This document shows positions 51,359 through 61,154 of a stretch of DNA of 64,000 nucleotides, piece by piece. The DNA is from an uncultured Chloroflexia bacterium (lineage in GTDB: Bacteria; Chloroflexota; Limnocylindria; Limnocylindrales; CSP1-4). The notes beneath the pieces are model-generated. The model did not search any database, was not told the DNA's origin, and saw only the letters and a list, made by a program, of their open reading frames with translations. The stretch is taken from assembly GCA_963768655.1 (NCBI GenBank), contig CAVYIM010000003.1, positions 1-64,000 on the forward strand. Reading direction: 5' to 3'. The first letter of the stretch is position 1, and every line of letters starts with the position of its first letter. Position numbers and translations under genes: made by a program.

Positions 51359-52303
51359 TCAAGCCTGCGGCCGCGACGCGGGTTCCTCGGGAGAAGCGGC
51401 TTCGTCCACTCCACCTACGATCGTCCGCCGCTCGCCTGTGATCACGTCCACCAGGATCAGCCTTCGGACGGAGGCCGCGAGCTGCTGGCGGGCCGCCGCG
51501 TCGAGGCCGCTGTCGGTGATCATCGTGTCGGCCTCTTCGAGCCGCGCCACCGAGCTGATGCCGATGATGCCCCACTTGGTGTGATCGGCGAGGACGATCA
51601 GGCGGCGTCCCGCCTGGATCAGGGCCCGGTTGGTCTCGGCTTCGAGGATGTTCGGCGTCGTGAAGCCGGACCGAGCATCCACGCCGTGGGTGCCCATGAA
51701 GACGCTGTCGACATGCAGCGATCGGATGACGTCGACCGCGAATGGTCCGACCAGCGCATCGGAAGGCGTGCGGACGCCGCCGCTCAGGATGACCGTCTGG
51801 TCCGGGCGGCCGTCCTTGTAGAGAACGTCCGCCACGGGGACCGAGTTCGTCAATACGGTCAGCCCGGGAATGTCGGTCAACCGTCTGGCCAGGGCGTAGG
51901 TGGTCGTCCCGGCCGAAATCGCGATAGCGGTGCCGGGTGTGACAAGTGACGCGGCGCTGACGGCGATCAGCTCCTTCTCGGCCTCCATGAGCGTCGACTT
52001 GACCGTGAACCCGGGCTCGAACAGGGAACTGCCCTCGATGGCCGCGGCCCCGCCGTGGACCTTCTCGATCAGGCCTCGTTCCTGGAGAAGCTCCAGATCG
52101 CGCCGGACGGTCATGTCCGACACGCCCAGGGACGTCACGAGGTCGGCCACCCGAACGGCCCCGTGCTCCCGCACCTGCTCGAGGATCAGCGCCTGGCGCT
52201 GGCGGGCCAGCGCCGGCCGACGAACCGCCAATTCCGCGACACGCGTCTCCTCGGGCGTGTGCTCGGCCCGATCTGAGTCCATCTCTGCCGGATCCTCGCT
52301 CAT
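51359..52303 (-). CDS. DeoR/GlpR family transcriptional regulator (start uncertain)
   Basis: GVSDMTVRRDL, KVHGGA, AGTTT, LTNS, ADHTKW. Confidence 0.92.
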   Translation of the reverse strand: MSEDPAEMDSDRAEHTPEETRVAELAVRRPALARQRQALILEQVREHGAVRVADLVTSLGVSDMTVRRDLELLQERGLIEKVHGGAAAIEGSSLFEPGFTVKSTLMEAEKELIAVSAASLVTPGTAIAISAGTTTYALARRLTDIPGLTVLTNSVPVADVLYKDGRPDQTVILSGGVRTPSDALVGPFAVDVIRSLHVDSVFMGTHGVDARSGFTTPNILEAETNRALIQAGRRLIVLADHTKWGIIGISSVARLEEADTMITDSGLDAAARQQLAASVRRLILVDVITGERRTIVGGVDEAASPEEPASRPQA

Positions 52304-52402
52304 TTGATCAGCCACCCCCGGCCGATCCTCTTTCCATCCTGCCCCACTCGGCGCGGCAAGTCAACGCATTCGCACATAACTCAACGAAATGCTCAGATGT
52401 AC

Positions 52403-52432
52403 TTGACACCCGGCCGAGGATAGCCCGACAAT
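52403..52432 (+). promoter_or_regulatory. Sigma70-type promoter of the galactoside ABC operon
   Basis: TTGACA-N18-GACAAT in the divergent intergenic region. Confidence 0.6.
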
Positions 52433-52504
52433 CGGTCGAGCCTGTTGGTTCCTGTTGAACCACGGCCGACCTAATCGGCCCGAACAGGGAGGAGATGGCG
52501 CCCA

Positions 52505-53908
52505 ATGGATGATCTGGAGAAGAAACCGGGCTTTCTGACGGGTGGGAAAGTCACTCGGCGTGAAGTCCTCAAGACGGGCGTGATCGCCGCAGCCGGGCTG
52601 ACCGTGCTGCCGGCCGTCATCGCCGCCTGCGGCGGCAGCAGCGCGACGCCGGCCCCCGCGGTCAAGGTCGGAAGCAACCACTCCGACCCGAGCGAGCTCA
52701 AGGGCATGGTGGCCATCGACGCCGCCTTCGCGACGGCGTCTGGCGTGACGCCCACGCTGAACACAGTCGACCACAACACGTTCCAGGACCAGATCAACAA
52801 CTACCTCGGCGGCACCCCCGACGACGTATTCACCTGGTTCTCCGGGTTCCGGATGCGGTTCTTCGCATCCAAGAGCCTGGCCACCGCGATCGATAGCGTG
52901 TGGAACGCGGCCGGTGTCTCCAGCAACTTCACTGCCGGCTTCACCGGATCCGTCACCGGCAGCGACAATCACATCTACGGCATCCCGGTCGACTACTACC
53001 CGTGGTGCGTCTTCTACCGCCCGAGCGTGTGGGCGGCCAAGAACTACCAGGTCCCGGCTGACTGGACGTCATTCCTCGCCCTCTGCGCGCAGATGAAGAC
53101 GGACGGCCTTACGCCGATCGCCTTCTCCGACAAGGACGGCTGGCCGGCGATGGGCACGTTCGACATCATCGACCTGCGCCTGAACGGGTATGACTACCAC
53201 GTCAACCTGATGACCGGTAACGGGGCGAAGTGGACCGACCCGCAGGTCACCAACGTCTTCAAGTCCTGGGCCCAGCTCGTTCCGTTCTACACCAACGGCT
53301 ACGCTGGCCTGACCTGGCAGCAGGCGTGCGACACCCTCATCGCCAAGCAAGCTGGCATGTTCTTCCTCGGCCTCTTCTTGACGGGCGAGTTCGCCACCGT
53401 GGAAACCACCGTCACTGACGTCGACTTCTTCCCGTGGCCGACCATGGGCACGCAGTACGATGCCGAGGCCGCTCTCGACGCGCCGATCGACATCTGGATG
53501 ATGAGCGCCAAGTCGCCGACCCTCCAGCAGAACATGGCTACTGCCCAGCAGTACCTCTCCTTCTGGGCCAAGGGCTCCACGCAGGTGCTCATGTACAAGG
53601 CCAACAACGGGTTCATCCCGACGGCCAACGACGCGGACACCAGCTCCTACGACCCGCTGACGAAGAAGGCCGTCGCCATCGTCAGCGCCGCCAAGAAGAT
53701 CACCCAGTTCATGGACCGCGACACGCGGCCGGACTTCGCGGGCGCCAACGGAATGCAGAGCTTCCTGCTCACGTTCCTGAACGCACCCACGGCGGATACG
53801 ACGCAGCTTCAGTCGCAGATCCAGGCCTTCTGGGATAATCTGCCGCCGTACAACGCCACCCCGAACGGAACCTTCAACCCGGCCACGCCGACTCCGGCGG
53901 CCAGCTAG
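52505..53908 (+). CDS. Sugar ABC transporter substrate-binding lipoprotein with Tat signal
   Basis: TRREVLK twin-arginine motif, lipobox IAAC, SBP family 1 motifs. Confidence 0.9.
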   Translation: MDDLEKKPGFLTGGKVTRREVLKTGVIAAAGLTVLPAVIAACGGSSATPAPAVKVGSNHSDPSELKGMVAIDAAFATASGVTPTLNTVDHNTFQDQINNYLGGTPDDVFTWFSGFRMRFFASKSLATAIDSVWNAAGVSSNFTAGFTGSVTGSDNHIYGIPVDYYPWCVFYRPSVWAAKNYQVPADWTSFLALCAQMKTDGLTPIAFSDKDGWPAMGTFDIIDLRLNGYDYHVNLMTGNGAKWTDPQVTNVFKSWAQLVPFYTNGYAGLTWQQACDTLIAKQAGMFFLGLFLTGEFATVETTVTDVDFFPWPTMGTQYDAEAALDAPIDIWMMSAKSPTLQQNMATAQQYLSFWAKGSTQVLMYKANNGFIPTANDADTSSYDPLTKKAVAIVSAAKKITQFMDRDTRPDFAGANGMQSFLLTFLNAPTADTTQLQSQIQAFWDNLPPYNATPNGTFNPATPTPAAS

Positions 53909-53950
53909 CTCTAGCCTATCAACTCCACCCGTCAGCCTGTAGGGCATTCG

Positions 53951-54934
53951 ATGTCCGAACTGGAGCCTCAGGCTCTCGCTCCCGCCCCGGCGAACACCGC
54001 CGGGGCGGGAGCCTCTTCATCCAGGAAGAAACGGCGGCGCTACAGCCTCCTGACGTCGCGCGACAAGCTGTTGCTCACCCTCATGGTGGGCGTGCCCCTC
54101 GCCATCTTCATGATCTTGATCTGGGCGATGGTCATTGTCTCGCTCATATGGTCCTTCACGGACTGGCAGGGGATAGGCCCACTCCACTTCGTCGGCCTGC
54201 AGGAGTACAACTACCTGTTCACCGGCTATCCCCCCTTCTGGCCGGCGCTCTCGCACAACCTGCTGTGGCTGCTCTTCTTCGTTTGTATCGCCACCCCGAT
54301 CGGGATATTCCTCGCGGTGCTGCTCGACCGGCCGCTGAGGGGGTCCCGGATCTACCAGAGTATCTTCTTCACGCCGGTGGTCCTGTCGCTGGCGGTCGTC
54401 GGATTCATCTGGGAGCTCCAGTACTCACCGATTGCCGGCCACGGCTTCATCGACAGCTTCCTGGCAGCCACCGGCCTCGTGGCCCCGATCAACACACCCG
54501 ACTGGCTGGGCGACAAGTCCATCAACATCTGGGCGGTTCTGGTTGCGGCCAGCTGGCGCCACATCGGCTACATCATGGTCCTGTATCTGGCCGGATTGAA
54601 GAGCGTGGATCCGTCGCTGCGTGAGGCCGCGGCCATCGATGGAGCAAGCGAGACCCAGACCTTCTTCCATGTCGTATTCCCGGTGATGGCCCCGATCAAC
54701 GTCGTCATCGTCGTGGTGACCGTGATCGAATCCCTCCGGGCCTTCGACATCGTCTACATCATCAACCACGGCAAGAACGGTCTCGAGCTGCTGTCCACAC
54801 TGATCACCAACAGCAGCATCAGTGAGGCCAGCCTGATCGGCTTCGGATCGGCCATCGCCGTCGTGCTGCTCGTGATCTCACTCGTGCCCATCGTGCTCTA
54901 CCTGACCCGCGTCATGAGATCGGAGGAACAGTGA
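53951..54934 (+). CDS. Carbohydrate ABC permease
   Basis: EAAAIDGA EAA loop, six TM. Confidence 0.93.
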   Translation: MSELEPQALAPAPANTAGAGASSSRKKRRRYSLLTSRDKLLLTLMVGVPLAIFMILIWAMVIVSLIWSFTDWQGIGPLHFVGLQEYNYLFTGYPPFWPALSHNLLWLLFFVCIATPIGIFLAVLLDRPLRGSRIYQSIFFTPVVLSLAVVGFIWELQYSPIAGHGFIDSFLAATGLVAPINTPDWLGDKSINIWAVLVAASWRHIGYIMVLYLAGLKSVDPSLREAAAIDGASETQTFFHVVFPVMAPINVVIVVVTVIESLRAFDIVYIINHGKNGLELLSTLITNSSISEASLIGFGSAIAVVLLVISLVPIVLYLTRVMRSEEQ

Positions 54935-55842
54935 GCGCCACCGTGGCGATGGCGGGACAGCGGACGGCGCACAACCGCGCTCGGCGGCGGCTGTCACGCA
55001 TCGGCCTCTACATCTTCCTGACCGTGCTCGCGTTCATCTTCCTCTGGCCGATGCTGTACGCGCTGTACACGTCGTTGCGCCCCTACGGCGAGATCGTCGC
55101 CAACGTGAACGGCCCCTTCTCGACGCCCAAGACGCTCAGTCTGAACAACTACATCGAGGTCTGGAACAACTCAAATCTCTCCCAGTATTTCTGGAACACG
55201 GCCGTCATCACCATTCCCGCCGTGATCCTCACGCTCTGGATTTCCTCGATGCTGGCGTTTGCCATCTCGCGCTACAGGTGGCGCTTCAACCTGATCGTCC
55301 TGATGATCTTCACCGCCGGCAACCTGTTGCCGCCCCAGATCATCATCGTGCCGCTGTACCGGCTGTATCTGCTCATACCAGTTCCGGCTCCGCTCAGCGA
55401 CAACGGCGTCATGTACAACCAGTTCATCGGGCTGATTCTCATCCACACGACCTTCCAGACCGGCTTCTGCACCTTCGTGTTGAGCAACTACATGAAGACG
55501 TTGTCCATGGAGCTGGTCGAGGCCGCGATGATCGACGGCGCCGGCGTATTCACGATCTACTCTCGCGTCGTCCTGCCCCTGGTCCGGCCGGCGCTGGCGG
55601 CCCTTGCCACCCTCCTGTTCGTCTGGATCTACAACGACTTCTTCTGGGCGCTGATGCTGTTCGAGTCGGGTGGTAAACGGCCGATCACCGCGGCGCTGAA
55701 CAACCTTTCGGGCACGTTCTTCACCGACCCAACGCAGTTAGCGGCGCTGTCTGTTATTGCGGCCATACCAACAATCGTGCTCTACATGATTCTGCAGCGC
55801 TACTTCATCACCGGCCTGACGCTCGGGTCGGCCAAGGGCTGA
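54931..55842 (+). CDS. Carbohydrate ABC permease
   Basis: EAAMIDGA, WIYNDF, QRYFITGL. Confidence 0.93.
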   Translation: MSATVAMAGQRTAHNRARRRLSRIGLYIFLTVLAFIFLWPMLYALYTSLRPYGEIVANVNGPFSTPKTLSLNNYIEVWNNSNLSQYFWNTAVITIPAVILTLWISSMLAFAISRYRWRFNLIVLMIFTAGNLLPPQIIIVPLYRLYLLIPVPAPLSDNGVMYNQFIGLILIHTTFQTGFCTFVLSNYMKTLSMELVEAAMIDGAGVFTIYSRVVLPLVRPALAALATLLFVWIYNDFFWALMLFESGGKRPITAALNNLSGTFFTDPTQLAALSVIAAIPTIVLYMILQRYFITGLTLGSAKG

Positions 55843-55877
55843 CGCACAGCAGGTCAGACGCCGCCAGCGGGAGTCCG

Positions 55878-58100
55878 ATGGCTATCGAGTGGTCCGCGGC
55901 GGCCCGCGAGTTCCATCTCCGGAACGACCAGATCAGCTACGTGATGCGCGTGCTCGAGAACGGCTCGCTCGGGCACGTGTACTTCGGTGCGGCTCTCGCG
56001 GAGGGGAAGTCGTACGGACACCTCATGCCGGGGGAGTTCTTCGGCTTCTCGAACAGGCTCGGCCAGCCGGTGCCGCTCGAGTTCCCCAGCGGAGGTACTG
56101 GCGACTACCGGATCCCGGCCCTGACCGTTGAACTGGCCGACGGCTCCGGCGTGGTGGAGCTGCGCTACAGGAGCCACCGCATACTGCCCGGCAAGAGGAA
56201 CGTCCCGGGGCTGCCCGCGACCTATGTCGATCTCGGAGTCGAGGCGGAGACCCTGGAAGTCACCCTCGCCGACCACGTGGCGCAGATCGAAGTCCGCCTC
56301 CTGTACACGATCTATGGCGAACGCCCGGTGGTGGTTCGAGGCGCTCGGATAGTCAACTCCGGCACAGCCGCCGTGGTCGTGCGAGGCGCCATGAGCGCGT
56401 CGCTGGATCTGCCCGACTCGGATTGGGAACTCCTCTCGCTCAGCGGGGAATGGGCCCGGGAATGCCACGTGGAGCGGCTCGCCCTTCGCCCCGGCCGGCA
56501 ATCCGTATCGAGCAATCGGGGAGCGTCAAGCCACCAGCACAATCCGTTCGTGGCCCTGATGCGCCCGGCGACAACCGAGGAGCACGGCGAGGCATACGGC
56601 TTCTCCCTGGTCTACTCCGGCAACTTCCTCCTCGAGGCGGAGGTCGAGCCGTTCGGGACGACCCGAGTGCGCGCCGGCATCAATCCCGACGGGTTCGCCT
56701 GGCTGCTGGAGCCCGGCGCCGAGTTCATCACGCCGGAGGCGGTGCTGGCCTTCTCGGCCGCCGGACTCGGCGAGCTGAGCGATGCATACCATCGCCTCTT
56801 CCGCGAGCGCCTGACGAGCTTCAAGTGGCGCGATCGGGATCGGCCCATAGTCATCAACAACTGGGAGGCGACCTACTTCGACTTCGACGAGCCGAAGCTG
56901 CTGGCCATCGCTTCCGCGGCCCACGATCTGGGGATCGAGCTGTTCGTTCTCGACGACGGCTGGTTTGGCCGGCGCAACAACGACACGACCTCGCTCGGCG
57001 ACTGGCAGGTCAACCCCTCCAAACTGCCTGGCGGACTCAATTCGCTGGCCCGCAAGGTCGAGGCCATCGGTATGCAATTCGGCCTCTGGATCGAGCCCGA
57101 GATGGTCAGCCGCCAGAGCCAGCTGTTCGCCGATCACCCGGAATGGGCCATCGGCATCCCGACGCGTCCGCGCACGGAAGGCCGGAGCCAGTACGTGCTC
57201 GACATGTCCCGACCGGAAGTCGTCAACCATCTCTTCCAGGTCGTGTCCGGGATTCTCGGCAGCGCTCCCATCTCCTACGTGAAATGGGACATGAATCGGA
57301 CCATCACGGAGCCGTACAGCCCGACCCTCCCGGCCTGGCGGCAGGGCGAATTCATGCATCGCTACATCCTCGGCGTCTACTCGCTCTACGACCGGCTGAC
57401 GAAGGCGTTTCCCGAGGTTCTCTTCGAGTCCTGCGCCGGCGGCGGCGGTCGGTTCGATCCGGGCATGCTCGCCTTCGCCCCGCAGGCGTGGGCGAGCGAC
57501 GACACGGACGCCGTCGAGCGCCTGCGGATTCAATGGGGGACGTCGCTGCCCTACCCGCTCAGCGCGATCTCCGCGCACGTCTCCGCCGTTCCGAACCACC
57601 AGGTCGGGCGGGTTACGCCGCTCGCCACCAGAGCGGCCGTGGCGTTCTTCGGCGTCTTCGGCTACGAGCTCGATCCGACGACCCTCTCGGTCGAGGAACG
57701 GGCCGAGATCGCCGATCAGGTCGCCTTCTACAAGCAGTGGCGCGAGCTGCTCCAGCGCGGCCGGTTCCTGCGCTTGCGCAGCCCATTCGAGGGCGACGGG
57801 AACGAGACCGCCTGGATGACCGTGGCCCGTGACGTCCGTTCGGCGATCGTCGGCCACTACCGGATCCTGAGCCGCCCGAACCCGGGGCCGCAGCGGCTGC
57901 GGCTGCGCGGCCTGGACCCGACGGCGTCATATCGACTATCCATCTGGCCTGCCGCCGGCCAGGTCGAGGGCGTGCCATCGAAACCGGTCGTCCTCGGCGG
58001 AGACGAGCTGATGGCCGCCGGGCTCGTCCTCGAGTCGAACCGCGCTTCAGCCGAGCGGGGCGATTTCCGCGCCCGCCTGTACGTCCTGGAAGCTACCTAG
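55878..58100 (+). CDS. Alpha-galactosidase, GH36
   Basis: NNWEATYFDF, FVLDDGWFG, FGLWIEPEM, YVKWDMNR, ESCAGGGGRFD, WASDDTD. Confidence 0.95.
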   Translation: MAIEWSAAAREFHLRNDQISYVMRVLENGSLGHVYFGAALAEGKSYGHLMPGEFFGFSNRLGQPVPLEFPSGGTGDYRIPALTVELADGSGVVELRYRSHRILPGKRNVPGLPATYVDLGVEAETLEVTLADHVAQIEVRLLYTIYGERPVVVRGARIVNSGTAAVVVRGAMSASLDLPDSDWELLSLSGEWARECHVERLALRPGRQSVSSNRGASSHQHNPFVALMRPATTEEHGEAYGFSLVYSGNFLLEAEVEPFGTTRVRAGINPDGFAWLLEPGAEFITPEAVLAFSAAGLGELSDAYHRLFRERLTSFKWRDRDRPIVINNWEATYFDFDEPKLLAIASAAHDLGIELFVLDDGWFGRRNNDTTSLGDWQVNPSKLPGGLNSLARKVEAIGMQFGLWIEPEMVSRQSQLFADHPEWAIGIPTRPRTEGRSQYVLDMSRPEVVNHLFQVVSGILGSAPISYVKWDMNRTITEPYSPTLPAWRQGEFMHRYILGVYSLYDRLTKAFPEVLFESCAGGGGRFDPGMLAFAPQAWASDDTDAVERLRIQWGTSLPYPLSAISAHVSAVPNHQVGRVTPLATRAAVAFFGVFGYELDPTTLSVEERAEIADQVAFYKQWRELLQRGRFLRLRSPFEGDGNETAWMTVARDVRSAIVGHYRILSRPNPGPQRLRLRGLDPTASYRLSIWPAAGQVEGVPSKPVVLGGDELMAAGLVLESNRASAERGDFRARLYVLEAT

Positions 58101-58121
58101 GAGGCTCCCGGAGGCCGCGCC

Positions 58122-61100
58122 ATGCTCTCCCGACCCTGGGCCACGCCCGAGCTGACATCCGTGGGCCGTCTGCCGATGCACAGCGTGGTGCACGTGGATC
58201 GGATCGCGCTGGACGGTCGCTGGCAATTCCAGCTGCTTCACACGCCGGAGGAGGAACTCGCGGCGCAGTGGAGCGAGGTGGACGTCCCCGGTTGCTGGAC
58301 GATGCAGGGCTTCTTCGATCTGCCGCACTACACCAACGTCCAGATGCCCTTCTCAGGCAAACCGCCGCAGCTTCCGCCCGTGAATCCCACGGGCGTCTAC
58401 GAGCGCGACTTCGAGCTGCCGGCCGGATGGGTCGCCGGGCGGCGCGTCGTCCTCCACGTGGGCGCGGCCGAGAGCGTCTTGATCGCCGCCGTCAACGGGC
58501 AGCAGGTCGGCATCAGCAAGGACTCACATCTGGCCGCCGAGTTCGACGTCACGAGCATCGTTCGCCCCGGAGCCAACTCCATCTCATTGCGCGTCGTGAA
58601 GTGGTCCGATGCCACGTACATCGAGGACCAGGACCAGTGGTGGCACGGCGGCATCACCCGCTCTGTGTATCTATACGCCACGCCGCGCATCCATCTCGCC
58701 GACGTGCGGGTCAACGCCGGCCTGGCGGACGATCTGCGGACCGGCACCTTCGAGCTGGTGGCCGATGTCGATTTCGGCGGCGCGGACGAGGAGGCCGGCT
58801 GGACGATCGAGGCGAAACTGGGCGATCTGGCTCCGCTCGCGGCGGCCGTGCCGTTCGCCGGCGTGCGCCCGGGCGGCCGCGTCAGCCGCGCCGACATGGC
58901 ACCGCTGAGCCGCCACCGCTTCGCCATCGTGGCCAAGCGGGCGTCGGTCGGCCTGGAGGGGCCCGAGGAGGCCCGCTGGCAGGCGCTTGCGCCGCAGCTG
59001 CACCCGCCGGTCGATGGCCGCGCAGCCCTGCGCACCGAGATCGCGGGCGTCAGACAATGGTCCGCTGAGCAGCCTCATCTCTATCCGCTGCACGTCGCGC
59101 TGAGGTCGCCTTCGGGCGAGACGTTCGAACAGCTCGACCTGCGGGTCGGCTTCCGGCGGGTCGAGATCGTCGGCCGCGATCTGCTCATCAACGGCGCCGC
59201 CGTCCTCATTCGCGGCGTCAATCGCCACGACTTCGACCAGTACGCGGGCCGCGTCATCTCGGCCGAGTCGATGCGGGCGGATCTGGTGGCGATGAAACAG
59301 TTCGGCTTCAACGCCGTCCGGACCTCCCACTACCCCAACGATCCCGTATTCCTCGATCTCACCGACGAGCTGGGCCTGTATGTGATAGCCGAAGCTGACA
59401 TCGAGTCGCACGCCTTCATCGACGAACTCTGCAACGACCCGCGCTACCTGAACGCCTGGGTGGATCGCGCCGCTCGATTGGTCCGCCGGGACAAGAACCA
59501 CGCGTCGGTGATCGTATGGTCGCTCGGAAACGAGTCGGGCCACGGTGTCAACCACGACGCCGAGGCCGGCTACATCCGGCGCTACGATCCCAGCCGCCCG
59601 CTCCACTATGAGGGCGCGATCCGGTGGGACTGGTCGAGCGATCAGAAGGTCAGCGACATCACCTGCCCGATGTATCCGCCCATCTCCGCCATCGTCGCCC
59701 ACGCCGGGTCGGGCCGGCAACGCCACCCGCTGATCATGTGCGAGTACTCGCATGCCATGGGCAACAGCAATGGCACGCTGGCCGAGTACTGGGACGCGAT
59801 CGAGTCCACGGACGGCCTCCAGGGTGGATTCATCTGGGAGTGGTGGGACCACGGTCTGGTCCAACGGCTGCCCGACGGCGCGACTCGCTGGGCCTACGGC
59901 GGCGACTTCGACGACGAACCCAACGACGGCAACTTCTGTCTGGACGGCCTGAACTGGCCGGACCGGAGGCCGAAGCCGGCCCTGTGGGAGCATCGCCAGC
60001 TCGCGGCTCCCGTTCGCGTGTCGGCGAGTCCCGAGGCGTTGCGCGAGGGTTCGGTCGAGGTGTCGAACCGCCAGTACTTCACCGGCCTGGGCTGGCTGCG
60101 TGCCCGCTGGGAGCTCACCGCCGACGGAGAGATCGTCGCCGGGGGCGAGCTCCCGCTGCCGGAGGTGGCGCCGGGCGCCGGCGCCACCGTTCGACTGCCG
60201 GGCTGGAAGGCTCCCGCGTCCGACGTCCGCGAGCTGTGGCTGATGCTGCGCTTCCGGACTGCCGCGGCCGAGGCGTGGGCCCCGGCGGGCTTCGAGGTCG
60301 GCTGGGCCCAGCTGCTCGTCGCACCCGGGACGCCCGAGCTGGCTCGGCCGTCAGCCAGACCGGTTCCCGGCGGCGAGGTCGAGCTGGATGCCGAGGGGCT
60401 GCTGGTGCACGAGTTCCTGGCCGGCGCTCCACGACTCTCCCTCTGGCGCGCCCCGACGGACAACGATCGCATAGCCGGTCTTGCGGCGCGGTGGCGGGAA
60501 CTGGGAGTGGATCGGCTGTCGCGCACGTTGAAAGAGATCCGGCGCGAGGCGCACGGTCCTGTCGTCGTTGCCGAGGTGCGGACGGCGACGGGCATCGCAG
60601 TGGCCCACGAGGAGCGGTTCGAGGCGCTGGAGGGCGGGGGGATCCTCGTTCACGAGACGGTCCGCATCCCCGAGGAGCTGTCCGACCTGGCTCGCGTGGG
60701 CATCGTGCTGGAGACCGTTCCAGGTTTCGAGCAGGTCGAATGGCTCGGCCGCGGACCGATGGAGACCTACCCCGACCGCCGCCGTTCCGGCGCGCTGGGA
60801 AGGTGGCAGTCGACGGTTTCGGAGTTGTACGTGCCCTACGTCAGGCCGCAGGAGAACGGGGGCCGGGCCGACGTCCGCTGGATCGAACTGTCCGACGGCC
60901 AGGGCCGCGGCCTCCGCTTCGGGTTTGATCGGCCGCGCCAGGTTTCGGCAACGCATTTCCGGGCCGAGGATCTGGCGGCCGCGGCCCATGACGTGGAGCT
61001 GGTCGCCCGCGCCGAGACGATCGTCCATCTCGATGCCGCGCACCGCGGCCTGGGTACGGCCAGCTGCGGCCCGGACACGCTGCCGGAGTATCTGGTCGGA

Positions 61101-61154
61101 CCCGGGACGTTCGAGTGGTCCTGGACGATCGCACCGTTGAGGCCGCAGGCCTGA
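58122..61154 (+). CDS. lacZ: Beta-galactosidase, GH2 (LacZ/EbgA-like)
   Basis: GVNRH, NAVRTSHYP, WSLGNES, CEYSHAMGNS, GGFIWEW, RPQENG. Confidence 0.92.
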   Translation: MLSRPWATPELTSVGRLPMHSVVHVDRIALDGRWQFQLLHTPEEELAAQWSEVDVPGCWTMQGFFDLPHYTNVQMPFSGKPPQLPPVNPTGVYERDFELPAGWVAGRRVVLHVGAAESVLIAAVNGQQVGISKDSHLAAEFDVTSIVRPGANSISLRVVKWSDATYIEDQDQWWHGGITRSVYLYATPRIHLADVRVNAGLADDLRTGTFELVADVDFGGADEEAGWTIEAKLGDLAPLAAAVPFAGVRPGGRVSRADMAPLSRHRFAIVAKRASVGLEGPEEARWQALAPQLHPPVDGRAALRTEIAGVRQWSAEQPHLYPLHVALRSPSGETFEQLDLRVGFRRVEIVGRDLLINGAAVLIRGVNRHDFDQYAGRVISAESMRADLVAMKQFGFNAVRTSHYPNDPVFLDLTDELGLYVIAEADIESHAFIDELCNDPRYLNAWVDRAARLVRRDKNHASVIVWSLGNESGHGVNHDAEAGYIRRYDPSRPLHYEGAIRWDWSSDQKVSDITCPMYPPISAIVAHAGSGRQRHPLIMCEYSHAMGNSNGTLAEYWDAIESTDGLQGGFIWEWWDHGLVQRLPDGATRWAYGGDFDDEPNDGNFCLDGLNWPDRRPKPALWEHRQLAAPVRVSASPEALREGSVEVSNRQYFTGLGWLRARWELTADGEIVAGGELPLPEVAPGAGATVRLPGWKAPASDVRELWLMLRFRTAAAEAWAPAGFEVGWAQLLVAPGTPELARPSARPVPGGEVELDAEGLLVHEFLAGAPRLSLWRAPTDNDRIAGLAARWRELGVDRLSRTLKEIRREAHGPVVVAEVRTATGIAVAHEERFEALEGGGILVHETVRIPEELSDLARVGIVLETVPGFEQVEWLGRGPMETYPDRRRSGALGRWQSTVSELYVPYVRPQENGGRADVRWIELSDGQGRGLRFGFDRPRQVSATHFRAEDLAAAAHDVELVARAETIVHLDAAHRGLGTASCGPDTLPEYLVGPGTFEWSWTIAPLRPQA